This document shows positions 1-8,452 of a stretch of DNA of 41,256 nt, piece by piece. The translations under genes and the position numbers were made by a program. This stretch comes from Verrucomicrobiota bacterium. Its GTDB lineage: Bacteria; Verrucomicrobiota; Verrucomicrobiia; Limisphaerales; SXQI01. The notes beneath the pieces are model-generated. The model made no database searches. It was not told the DNA's origin and saw nothing but the letters and a program-made list of their open reading frames with translations. Where the stretch lies: the NCBI GenBank assembly GCA_033762115.1, contig JANRLX010000006.1, positions 1 to 41,256 of the forward strand. The letters are read 5' to 3'. The first letter of the stretch is position 1; the number at the start of each line of letters is the position of its first letter.

Positions 1-271
1 GCGCCATGTAATGATGAATCCCCCGCAGCAGCCATCCCCCCGCCATTTCATGCTGAATGTAGTAAACACTCTCCCACGCCGTACTCGCGCTTGGATTATA
101 CGCCATCCAGAGGAAAATCCCCGTAATGAACTGCACCACCAGCGCAAAAGTCAGCGTACTGCCCCACACATACCGCCATCGTGCTCCCCCCGGGATATTT
201 TCGTACAACGCCTCATGGGTGAGCTTCTTCACCCCGGTGCGATGATCCAGCCAATCCAGCAATTTTTTCAT
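1..271 (-). CDS. petB: Cytochrome b N-terminal part (bc complex), runs off the window start
   Basis: Not in the ORF track. Hand translation gives MKKLLDWLDHRTG...ARWRYVWGSTLTFALVVQFITGIFLWMAYNPSASTAWESVYYIQHEMAGGWLLRGIHHYMA, with typical cytochrome b motifs. Its ATG overlaps the Rieske TGA (ATGA). Confidence 0.93.
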   Translation of the reverse strand, partial: MKKLLDWLDHRTGVKKLTHEALYENIPGGARWRYVWGSTLTFALVVQFITGIFLWMAYNPSASTAWESVYYIQHEMAGGWLLRGIHHYMA

Positions 272-810
272 GTGACGGGGATTTTTTCCGCTGTTCCCGT
301 ATGAAAATTCTGGAATTTCACCCACACCTCGTTCCCGTTTCGAATTTCCACCTCCAGTTCATCCAATCCTCGCGGGCTCGGGCTGCTCGCATCCTGGATT
401 TTTCCATCCAGCCCAAACGAACTGTTATGGCACGGGCAAAAAAAATGTTTCGCCGCCGCCCTGAAATCCACAAAACAGCCCGCGTGCGGGCACACCACAT
501 TCAACGCCTGCACCTTGTCCCCACTTTTTCGCAGGTAAATCGCCCCGATCGGGGCATTCGGATAACGGTTCCAGGCATCTGTCCGCGAGGCCAGGATCGA
601 GAACTTTTGCGGAATGCCATCTCCCGGCAATGATTCAAGGGTCGTCACACGCACTGCGTTGGCCTCTCCGCTCCCCCGCCGCAACGGGTCGGTCAACACC
701 ACAAACCCCGCTCCGGCTGGAATCAGTGTGGCGATTCCTCCAATCACCACCGCTCCCGCCTTTTTCATGAAATCTCTCCGCCCCGGTTGATTCGGATCCT
801 TCTCTTCCAT
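268..810 (-). CDS. Rieske [2Fe-2S] protein with Tat signal
   Basis: CPHAGC and CPCHNS Rieske boxes, PSPRGL, and twin-arginine RRDFMK followed by a hydrophobic helix. ATG at 810 preferred over the ORF-track start at 858. Confidence 0.93.
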   Translation of the reverse strand: MEEKDPNQPGRRDFMKKAGAVVIGGIATLIPAGAGFVVLTDPLRRGSGEANAVRVTTLESLPGDGIPQKFSILASRTDAWNRYPNAPIGAIYLRKSGDKVQALNVVCPHAGCFVDFRAAAKHFFCPCHNSSFGLDGKIQDASSPSPRGLDELEVEIRNGNEVWVKFQNFHTGTAEKIPVT

Positions 811-998
811 ATCTGGATTGGTCAGCCTCTCATCTGGAACAGCAACCACTCTAACCAACCTTTGATCTTCGGACAGCCAAAAAGCTCATGCCAAAGACCG
901 TTGCCTTCACATCACCCCGGAAAAAACAAAATCTCGAGCAGCGATCAACGCCGCTCGAGGGTTTATCCAGACTCCACCGAGTTGTGGATTGCGATCTC

Positions 999-1802
999 TT
1001 ACGAGAGCAACCGCAACGCGGATTGTGGAGTGGCATTTGCCTGTGCCAACATCGCCGTGCCTGCCTGAACGAGGATGTTGTACCGGGCAAAGTTTGTGCT
1101 TTCGGACGCCACATCCACATCTTTGATGCGGCTGTTAGCGGCTCCGAGGTTGTCTTTCAGGACTGCAAGACCTTCACTTGTTGAATTCAAGCGGGAGATG
1201 TTTGCACCAATGTTCGCGCGGTCTGTCGCGAGCTGTTCAATGGCAGCTTTCACGTTGGTCAACGCGGTTTGCGAATTCGCCACGCTGTCCACAGTTGCTC
1301 CGGTTGCATCCGTGTAGGCGGCTGCACCCAGGTCCACTCCGGACATGCTGAAGGTGTTCGCATCGCTGTCTGTGGTCACGTCCAGGGCTGTCCCGTCGAA
1401 CAATGCCACACCATTGAAGTCCTTCGTCGCCACATCATCGATGTATGCTCCGAGGGTTGTGAATTCCGCGTTGTAGAGCGCGCGGTCATCATCATCCTTG
1501 GTCACGTCCTGCGAGAGAACGGCCAATTCGCTCATACGGTCCAGCGCTTTGCCAACTTTCTTCAGGAAACCATCCTGGGTCTGGTTGAACGAAATCGCAT
1601 TGCTCACGTTGTTGCTGGCAGCGTTGATGCGGTTGATTTGCGCATCGAACCGGGTCGAAACTGCCAATCCAGCAGCATCATCTTCGGGAGAAACGATTTT
1701 TGAACCAGAGGACAAGCGAGCAAGTGATTTGCTCAGCATTGCGGAGGATTCCCCGAGCAAGCGGGCGCTGCTCTGGGCCGACGTATTTGTATTAATAACC
1801 AT
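999..1802 (-). CDS. fliC: Flagellin (short, ~267 aa)
   Basis: N-terminus MVINTN...LARLSSGSKI..PEDDAAGLAVS and C-terminus AANSRIKDVDVASE...ILVQAGTAMLAQANATPQSALRLL. ATG at 1802 follows AAGGAG. Confidence 0.96.
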   Translation of the reverse strand: MVINTNTSAQSSARLLGESSAMLSKSLARLSSGSKIVSPEDDAAGLAVSTRFDAQINRINAASNNVSNAISFNQTQDGFLKKVGKALDRMSELAVLSQDVTKDDDDRALYNAEFTTLGAYIDDVATKDFNGVALFDGTALDVTTDSDANTFSMSGVDLGAAAYTDATGATVDSVANSQTALTNVKAAIEQLATDRANIGANISRLNSTSEGLAVLKDNLGAANSRIKDVDVASESTNFARYNILVQAGTAMLAQANATPQSALRLLS

Positions 1803-1807
1803 AACTG

Positions 1808-1866
1808 GACTCCTTCCATGAGTCACCCCGCGTTACCGGGGGTTTGTTTCACGACATCCTGCCGTG
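1808..1866 (-). promoter_or_regulatory. Two CsrA-type GGA hairpins in the flagellin leader
   Basis: Minus strand reads CACGGC-AGGAT-GTCGTG (1850-1866) and GACTC-ATGGAAG-GAGTC (1808-1824). The second hairpin overlaps the Shine-Dalgarno sequence. Confidence 0.7.
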
Positions 1867-1946
1867 TGATGAACGTTTCTAGAGGCTTTCACCGTTTCCT
1901 CGTTGGCCCTTTGTGGCTGCCAACCGCCTGTCTTGCGACAAACAAG

Positions 1947-1973
1947 CTATCGGCATCTCCACAAAACTCTTTA
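1947..1973 (-). promoter_or_regulatory. Sigma28 (FliA) promoter of flagellin
   Basis: Minus strand TAAA-N15-GCCGATAG, near-perfect match to TAAA-N15-GCCGATAA. Confidence 0.9.
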
Positions 1974-2034
1974 CCCCTCCCGAAACTCTTTCTGAACACT
2001 CACTCTCCCCCTCTTCGAACATCGAACCTCCCTG

Positions 2035-2071
2035 GAAAAAAACAAAAGCGCCCTCCTCTGGAAGGCGCTTT
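2035..2071 (-). terminator. Rho-independent terminator after mlaD
   Basis: AAAGCGCC-N11-GGCGCTTT stem followed by a T-rich tract on the minus strand. Confidence 0.75.
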
Positions 2072-2114
2072 GCGCGACAGACTTAACTCAAATTATACTC
2101 TCGACAACCGCTCC

Positions 2115-3107
2115 TTAAAACAAACTGTTCACCGCAATCCCCAGCACACTCAACGGGCCCTGGTCCTCAATCCCTTCGGTCGCCTTGTCCACTTTTTGCA
2201 ACGTCAGCTTCGCGTTATTCAGGAATGTGTCATCATTCACCAGTTTACCCACTGTGCCCTGTCCCTGGTTGATCTTTTGTAAAATCTCCCTCAGGTTCAG
2301 CATCGCCGTCGTTGTTTCCCGGTAAAGCGCCTCATCCTTGATCAATTTCCCCAGCGTTCCTTGCCCCGCATTCACCTGCGCCACCATATTCTGCGCCTGG
2401 TCCAGGGTCAACCGCGCCTGCCCCAGCAACGGCCGGATGTCTGCCGTTGCGGCATTCAGGTTGGAAACCGTGTTCAGTGACGAAGCATAAAGGGTGTCCT
2501 CATAAATCAGTTTCCCCACTGTTCCCTCCCCCTTCGCAATCTGCGTGCTGATCGCCTGCAGGTTTCCCAGGATCGCGGAAAGCCGCGGGTTATTTTCCTT
2601 CAGGAAATCCGTAAACGGCCCCAGCAGGTTGCTGAAATTCTCCCCGCTGAAATTCTTCGTCAACCCCTCCACTCCGCTCGCCACGCTCTCCAGCTTCACC
2701 ATCAAAGAATTCAGGTCAGCCTGCTCTTTCGTTTCCAGCAACGCATTGGGGCTCACCAGCGGCGCTGTCGGGCTCCCAAAATCCACGGCCACATAATTCT
2801 GCCCCAGCAACCCCACAAATTTGATTGAAGCCGCGCTGTCCGTATGCACCTGCGCCCCCTGGTTCAGCTTCATCGTCACCTCCACCTTCCCTTCCACAAG
2901 CTGGATATTCTCCACCCGCCCGATCTCCACCCCGGCCATCTTCACCGGGTCCCCAATGTTCAGTTCCTGCACATTGCTGAACCGTGCCCGGATCGGGAAC
3001 CCCTTCTTGAACCAGTCCCTTCCTCCCACCATTTCCAGCAGGATCACTGCTGCGATAAAAGCCAGCGCCACAAAGATACCCAGCCTCGTTTCCAACGTGT
3101 TCTTCAT
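2115..3107 (-). CDS. mlaD: MlaD/MCE-family protein
   Basis: N-terminal TM helix, MCE domain (L..GDPVKMAGVEIGRV; GLLGQNYV) and a helical tail with repeated G[EQ]GT[VL]GKL motifs. Confidence 0.9.
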   Translation of the reverse strand: MKNTLETRLGIFVALAFIAAVILLEMVGGRDWFKKGFPIRARFSNVQELNIGDPVKMAGVEIGRVENIQLVEGKVEVTMKLNQGAQVHTDSAASIKFVGLLGQNYVAVDFGSPTAPLVSPNALLETKEQADLNSLMVKLESVASGVEGLTKNFSGENFSNLLGPFTDFLKENNPRLSAILGNLQAISTQIAKGEGTVGKLIYEDTLYASSLNTVSNLNAATADIRPLLGQARLTLDQAQNMVAQVNAGQGTLGKLIKDEALYRETTTAMLNLREILQKINQGQGTVGKLVNDDTFLNNAKLTLQKVDKATEGIEDQGPLSVLGIAVNSLF

Positions 3108-3868
3108 ACAAATGCGTTTTCCTTCCGAAAATCTGCTGTAATAAATCGTTTAATCAATGGATTGGTATGCGCCTGCACCTCCGCAGGCTTCCCAATAAAA
3201 AGAATCTCCCCCTCATGGATGATCGCAATCCGATGCGCTATCCCGAAGGCCAGGTCTCGATCATGCGTCACCACAATCGAAGTCACCCCGATCCGCTCAT
3301 TCAAATGCAGAATTTCCTCGCTGATCGTCACCGCCATCAACGGGTCAAGCTCACTCGTCGGCTCATCATACAAAATCAACTGCGGCTCGATCACCAGCGC
3401 CCGCGCTATCGCCACACGCTTTTTCATCCCTCCCGAAAGCTCCCCCGGGGAACGTCCCTCCACCCCCTTCAATCCCACCAGTTCCAGCTTTTCAGCCACG
3501 ATCCGTGCGATCTCCTCCGCCGTCCCACGCTCATGCTCCGTCAGGTAAAGACCCACATTTTCACCCACCGTCAATGAATTCAGCAACGCCGCCGACTGAA
3601 ACACCATCGCCAGCCGAAACCGCTCCATCACATTCGTTTCATGCGTCGGCTCCCCCCCAATCCGGATTTCCCCCTCATCCGGCTTCTCCAGCCCGATGAT
3701 CTGCTTCAGCAACACACTCTTGCCGCTGCCGCTTGGGCCCATGATCACGAAAATCTCCCCCGGCTCCACCTTGAATTGAATCCCCTTCAGCACCGGGACA
3801 CCCCCGAAACTTTTCCGCAGGTTGCAAACCTCCACGCTGATCCCGTTCTTTTGCGGAGCTTTGTTCAT
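3104..3868 (-). CDS. mlaF: MlaF-type ABC ATPase
   Basis: Walker A GPSGSGKS, signature LSGGMKKR, ILYDEPT and VTHD. Lies between mlaE and mlaD. Confidence 0.92.
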   Translation of the reverse strand: MNKAPQKNGISVEVCNLRKSFGGVPVLKGIQFKVEPGEIFVIMGPSGSGKSVLLKQIIGLEKPDEGEIRIGGEPTHETNVMERFRLAMVFQSAALLNSLTVGENVGLYLTEHERGTAEEIARIVAEKLELVGLKGVEGRSPGELSGGMKKRVAIARALVIEPQLILYDEPTSELDPLMAVTISEEILHLNERIGVTSIVVTHDRDLAFGIAHRIAIIHEGEILFIGKPAEVQAHTNPLIKRFITADFRKENAFV

Positions 3869-4615
3869 CTAAAAATCAAAATTCATCAGGAACCGTGTCA
3901 GGAAATAATCCAGGATCAAAATCAGCACGATTGAATTGACCACCGCCTTTGTCACCGAACGCCCAATCCCCCGCGGCCCTCCAATCGTTTCCAACCCCTG
4001 GTGGCACGACACAATCCCGATCACCACCGCAAAAACAAAGCTTTTCACCAACCCATTCAGAATATCAGACAAACCCACCACCTGCCGCAAATTATTGAAA
4101 AATGTTTCGAACCCCAGCGAAATGTCGCTGTTGAACGCCGAAACCATCGCCCCTCCCATCCAACCCACCAAAATCGAAAAAATCACCAGCAGCGGCAACG
4201 CCACGCTGATCGCCAGCATCCGCGGCAGCACCAGGTAATGCACCGGGTTGATATTCATCGTCTTCAGCGCATCTATTTCCTGGTAAACCGCCATCGAGCC
4301 GATCTCGGCCGCCATGGCCGACCCGATCCTTCCCGCAATCAACACCGCCATCATCACAGGCGCCAGCTCCTTGCATAACGCCAGCCCCACCAATCCTCCC
4401 AGCACGCTCGAAAGCCCCCGTTCCCGCAATACCGGGCCGCTCTGCAACGCAATCACCCCTCCAATAAACAGCGAAAGAATGCACGCCATCAACAAACTCG
4501 CATTCCCGATCTCGAACAATTGATCAAAAACCTTCTTCCGATGCTTCATCGCCTGCGGCAATGACTCAAGGGTGCGCCAGAACAAAAGAAGGATTTGCCC
4601 AATATTATGAAACAT
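3869..4615 (-). CDS. mlaE: MlaE-type ABC permease
   Basis: KELAPV..AVLIAGRIGSAMAAEIGSM...EIDAL and GIGRSVTKAVV. ATG at 4615 is the likely start. Confidence 0.93.
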   Translation of the reverse strand: MFHNIGQILLLFWRTLESLPQAMKHRKKVFDQLFEIGNASLLMACILSLFIGGVIALQSGPVLRERGLSSVLGGLVGLALCKELAPVMMAVLIAGRIGSAMAAEIGSMAVYQEIDALKTMNINPVHYLVLPRMLAISVALPLLVIFSILVGWMGGAMVSAFNSDISLGFETFFNNLRQVVGLSDILNGLVKSFVFAVVIGIVSCHQGLETIGGPRGIGRSVTKAVVNSIVLILILDYFLTRFLMNFDF

Positions 4616-4900
4616 ACTCAGGCAATCTGCCCCGCGGAAAAAGGGGCCATTGCCGCACAATGGCAATCATACCCGCACCAGGCTCTTGAAATAGCGGAAA
4701 GCACAAGGATTGAATATACCGCCTGAAGCATTCGGGCAAGTCGCCAGAAAACTGACAATGGAGGATTGTGCCATTGAATCATGGGGCCGTAAGGCTGGAC
4801 AGCCAGAAAACCCAACCTATATTGTGATTGACGATCAAGGAGTCTTAAATACCCTGAGCATGATTGAACGAAATCAGTTTTGAGTGTTAAATTATTTGAC

Positions 4901-4916
4901 TGGCAGGCGTTTTGCT
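4901..4916 (+). promoter_or_regulatory. Putative sigma54 -24/-12 promoter
   Basis: TGGCAGGCGTTTTGCT (GG-N10-GC), 20 nt upstream of ATG 4937. Confidence 0.45.
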
Positions 4917-4936
4917 GCAATTTAACTATTGGCGGA

Positions 4937-5170
4937 ATGAACGACAGATTTAAAACAGATTTCCTTTGCACTTCGTCATCCTTTTTGGCGGGTTTCGGGA
5001 GTGTTATATCTCTTGATGGCGATCTTTATCACTATAATACATCCGAAAACCCCGACGAAATTGCTGTCTCTCAAGATTGGTTGATGGTGGGCCAAGATAT
5101 CGAAGATGCCTTGAACAAGGGGGTATCAGGCGGTATTACAGGTGCCAATGAGCGACAACAAGCCACCTGA
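4937..5170 (+). CDS. Small acidic hypothetical protein upstream of the DUF2335 gene
   Basis: 77 aa containing SFLAGFGSV...DEIAVSQDWLMVGQDI. Overlaps the start of the next gene; AT-richer than its flanks. Confidence 0.7.
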   Translation: MNDRFKTDFLCTSSSFLAGFGSVISLDGDLYHYNTSENPDEIAVSQDWLMVGQDIEDALNKGVSGGITGANERQQAT

Positions 5171-5726
5171 ATCAGCCCAAACAAGTCCGCTCCACGTCCA
5201 ACCACAAAAAGAACCTCAGCCGAGAACTCTTGAACAGATAATTCAAGAAAAGGCTCCAGATGTTCTTAAAGCCATTCCCGGAAACAAACGCCAGGATTTG
5301 GCATCTATCCAAATTGAGGAACATCGCATAGAAATGCGTGCCTCCCCACTGCCTCATCCAGCAGAGCTGGCAGCATATGATCAAATCATCCCAAATGGCG
5401 CGGATCGAATAATGAAAATGGCCGAGAATCAGGCTGCTCACAGGATCGCCATCGAAAATAAAGTTATCTCCAGCCAACAGAGCCAAGCATTTTTTGGACA
5501 AGTCTGTGGTTTGGTGATTGGCCTTTCTGGGCTTGCTATGGCGACATTTGCGGCGGTCAGTGGGCAACCAGTATTTGGTGGTGTAATTGGAGGCACTACG
5601 CTGGTAAGTCTTGTGGGCACTTTCGTTTACTCCCGCAAAACCCAGCAAAGGGAACTGGCGCAGAAAAAACAACAAATGGAAACACGTTCCGCGCCGAACA
5701 TCAAAAAAAAGAAGGATAGGCTATAA
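5148..5726 (+). CDS. DUF2335-like membrane protein
   Basis: SPLPHPAELAAYDQIIPNGADRIMKMAENQAAHR followed by two TM helices and a basic tail. Confidence 0.85.
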   Translation: MSDNKPPESAQTSPLHVQPQKEPQPRTLEQIIQEKAPDVLKAIPGNKRQDLASIQIEEHRIEMRASPLPHPAELAAYDQIIPNGADRIMKMAENQAAHRIAIENKVISSQQSQAFFGQVCGLVIGLSGLAMATFAAVSGQPVFGGVIGGTTLVSLVGTFVYSRKTQQRELAQKKQQMETRSAPNIKKKKDRL

Positions 5727-5768
5727 TCTCAAACTGAGCCACTACCGAAAAACTCACCCCTTTAATGC

Positions 5769-5804
5769 AAAAAAAAAACAACGCAGGTGATGCAGCCTGC
5801 GTTG
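5769..5804 (-). terminator. Terminator between convergent genes
   Basis: CAACGCAGG-N8-CCTGCGTTG stem with a poly-T tract on the minus strand. Confidence 0.8.
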
Positions 5805-5837
5805 CGTTATGGTGAGCGAGAACGAAAAACTTAGAAA

Positions 5838-6434
5838 CTAATTGTTCGCCTCCGCCAAAGTCTCATTCAAGGTGCTGACAAGGTTCGAAATCGCAAATGG
5901 CTTGCTCAGGAACCGGTCGCTCTTCTCAGGCATCTGGTTGATCAAATCCTGATCCACCACACCGCTGATCACAATCGACTTAATATCAGGCCGTGTCGAA
6001 CGAACCTTCGAAATCAAATCCAGCCCGTTCATTTCCTGCATGCAAAAATCGGTCAGCAACATCCTCGGGCGGGAATCAGTGTGGGCCAGGTCTTCCAGCG
6101 CCTCTTCAGGATTGGTAAATGGATGCACGTCAAATCCTTCTGCAACCAGCACCTCTTTGATCAGGTTCAGGATGTCCGGATCATCATCCACCACATAAAT
6201 CGTTTCACCTGCATGGCTCCGCCGGCTGCTCCGGCTGGAAATGATCGTTTGCAGGCGATTGGCCACCGTTTCACGCACTCCGTTCGGCTCTTCCGCAAGA
6301 TCCAGCGCCGGGTTGGAAAATTGAAAATCCGCTCCCGTCGTTTCAACCGCATATCGGTTATTGGCCGCCGCCATTGCCAGCGAGAAAACAAAAAGCACCA
6401 GCCATCCGCATCCGAGGATTAGTAGTAGTTGCAT
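5838..6434 (-). CDS. Response regulator receiver protein with hydrophobic N-terminus
   Basis: YVVDDD, LLTDFCM (phosphoacceptor Asp), VISG and LSKPF. No output domain. Confidence 0.85.
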   Translation of the reverse strand: MQLLLILGCGWLVLFVFSLAMAAANNRYAVETTGADFQFSNPALDLAEEPNGVRETVANRLQTIISSRSSRRSHAGETIYVVDDDPDILNLIKEVLVAEGFDVHPFTNPEEALEDLAHTDSRPRMLLTDFCMQEMNGLDLISKVRSTRPDIKSIVISGVVDQDLINQMPEKSDRFLSKPFAISNLVSTLNETLAEANN

Positions 6435-6446
6435 ACGATTTTAGTT

Positions 6447-6462
6447 AGCATCGGCTGTGCCA
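6447..6462 (-). promoter_or_regulatory. Putative sigma54 promoter of the response regulator
   Basis: Minus strand TGGCACAGCCGATGCT (GG-N10-GC). Confidence 0.55.
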
Positions 6463-6502
6463 GCACTTTATTAAGGGGTTCCCCCATAAAATCCATCATG
6501 TC

Positions 6503-6540
6503 TGTCACAATTTTGACACAATCTGTCCCATTTCAAGACA
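6503..6540. promoter_or_regulatory. Tandem TGT...ACA inverted repeats, possible enhancer-binding-protein sites
   Basis: TGTCA-CAATTT-TGACA (6503-6518) and TGTC-N9-GACA (6524-6540). Confidence 0.4.
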
Positions 6541-6690
6541 ACTCACCAGACTGGGTCATAATTACCTGCGTCAGCTTCACTCAGGGGATAATAACACACG
6601 CTCACCCACTCGTCCTTACACTTAAGGACCATCCCATTTGTTTCCCACCTTGCCACCGCGCTTCATTTGCAGAAAACTCAACTCATTGAT

Positions 6691-8421
6691 ATGAAGTCAG
6701 CCAAGTCACTCTCCATTTCCAAAAAAACAGCTCCCTCACTCCACCGCCTTCATTCCTCACAGGTCGTTGATGGTGCAGACCGCGCCGCCAGCCGCGCCAT
6801 GCTGCACGCTGTCGGTTTCAGCACGGATGACTTCAAAAAATCACAGATCGGCATCGCCTCCACCTGGAGCATGGTCACCCCATGCAACATGCACATCGAC
6901 AAACTGGCCATCGAAGCCGCCACCGGCGTCAACCAGGCCAGGGGCAAAGCCGTCATTTTCAACACCATCACCATCTCCGATGGCATCTCAATGGGCACCG
7001 AAGGAATGAAATACTCCCTCGTCTCCCGCGAAGTCATCGCCGACTCCATCGAAACCGTTGCCGGTTGCGAAGGCTTTGACGGCCTCGTCGCCATCGGCGG
7101 TTGCGACAAAAACATGCCCGGCTGCATCATGGCCCTTGCCCGCTTGAACCGCCCCTCCGTCTTTGTTTACGGCGGCACCATCCTTCCCGGCTGCTTCCAA
7201 AAGCGGAATGTTGATATCGTTTCCGTCTTCGAAGCGGTTGGCAAACATGCCAAGGGAGAAATGAGCGATCGCGACCTCGCCGGGATCGAAAGCTGCGCCA
7301 TCCCCGGCCCCGGTTCCTGTGGTGGCATGTACACCGCCAATACCATGGCCAGCGCGATTGAAGCCCTCGGCATGAGCTTGCCCAACAGTTCCGCCCAGGA
7401 CGCCATCTCCAAGGCCAAGGTCCAGGATTGCCATCGCGCCGGTGCCGCTGTCATGAACCTCCTCGACCTCGGCATTTGTCCCCTCGACATCATGACCCGC
7501 AAGGCCTTCGAAAACGCCATCACCGTTGTCATTGCGCTCGGCGGCTCCACCAACGCCGTCCTTCACCTCCTTGCCATGGCCCATGCGGCCCGCGTCAGGC
7601 TTTCGATTGATGACTTCACCAAAATTGGCAAACGCGTCCCCGTCCTTGCCGATCTCAAACCAAGCGGGCGCTTCATGATGGCTGAACTCGTCGCCATCGG
7701 CGGTTTGCTCCCTTTGATGAAACGGTTGCTCGACCAGGGCCTCCTTCATGGCGATTGCATCACCGTCACCGGAAAAACCATCGCCGAAAATCTTCGCAAC
7801 GCTCCTGACTATCCCGCTGGCCAGGAAATCATCCGCCCCTTCGATAACCCGATCAAAAAGGATAGCCACCTGGTCGTCCTTTACGGAAACCTCGCTCCCA
7901 CCGGCGCAGTCGCCAAAATCAGCGGCAAGGAAGGCCTGCAATTCGAGGGACGCGCCAAAGTCTTCAATTCCGAGGAACTCGCCATGGAAAGCATTCTCAG
8001 CGGCGGCATCAGCAAAGGGGATGTCATCGTCGTTCGTTATGAAGGGCCGCGCGGCGGGCCAGGCATGCGTGAAATGCTCGGCCCCACAGCCGCTGTCATG
8101 GGCCGCGGCCTCGGCAAGGATGTCGCTTTCCTCACGGATGGACGCTTCTCCGGCGGCAGCCACGGCTTTGTCGTCGGCCATATCTCACCAGAAGCTTATG
8201 CCGGTGGGCCGCTCGCCATCGTCAAAAACGGTGATTCCATCCGGATCGATGCCGAAAAACGCACCATCGATCTCCTTATTTCCCCCGCTGAAATCAAACG
8301 CCGCATGGCCGCATGGAAAGCCCCCAAGCCACGCTACACACGCGGCGTCCTCGCCAAATACGCCCGCGCTGTCAACTCTGCTCACCTCGGCGCCGTCACG
8401 GATGCGGACCATATCGTTTAA
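6691..8421 (+). CDS. ilvD: Dihydroxy-acid dehydratase
   Basis: [53 protein letters not shown] and TDGRFSGG. Confidence 0.98.
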   Translation: MKSAKSLSISKKTAPSLHRLHSSQVVDGADRAASRAMLHAVGFSTDDFKKSQIGIASTWSMVTPCNMHIDKLAIEAATGVNQARGKAVIFNTITISDGISMGTEGMKYSLVSREVIADSIETVAGCEGFDGLVAIGGCDKNMPGCIMALARLNRPSVFVYGGTILPGCFQKRNVDIVSVFEAVGKHAKGEMSDRDLAGIESCAIPGPGSCGGMYTANTMASAIEALGMSLPNSSAQDAISKAKVQDCHRAGAAVMNLLDLGICPLDIMTRKAFENAITVVIALGGSTNAVLHLLAMAHAARVRLSIDDFTKIGKRVPVLADLKPSGRFMMAELVAIGGLLPLMKRLLDQGLLHGDCITVTGKTIAENLRNAPDYPAGQEIIRPFDNPIKKDSHLVVLYGNLAPTGAVAKISGKEGLQFEGRAKVFNSEELAMESILSGGISKGDVIVVRYEGPRGGPGMREMLGPTAAVMGRGLGKDVAFLTDGRFSGGSHGFVVGHISPEAYAGGPLAIVKNGDSIRIDAEKRTIDLLISPAEIKRRMAAWKAPKPRYTRGVLAKYARAVNSAHLGAVTDADHIV

Positions 8422-8452
8422 TTCCGCTGCCAATCTTTGAATCCATTTTGTC

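Noticed and set aside
1870..1940. Possible c-di-GMP riboswitch in the flagellin leader
   Set aside because: The class I core motifs (GGCAAAC...GCAAAG) are absent; kept only as a structured leader.
6445..6472. Sigma28-like TAAA...GCCGAT upstream of the response regulator
   Set aside because: The spacer after TAAA is 11 rather than 15; the sigma54 reading fits better.
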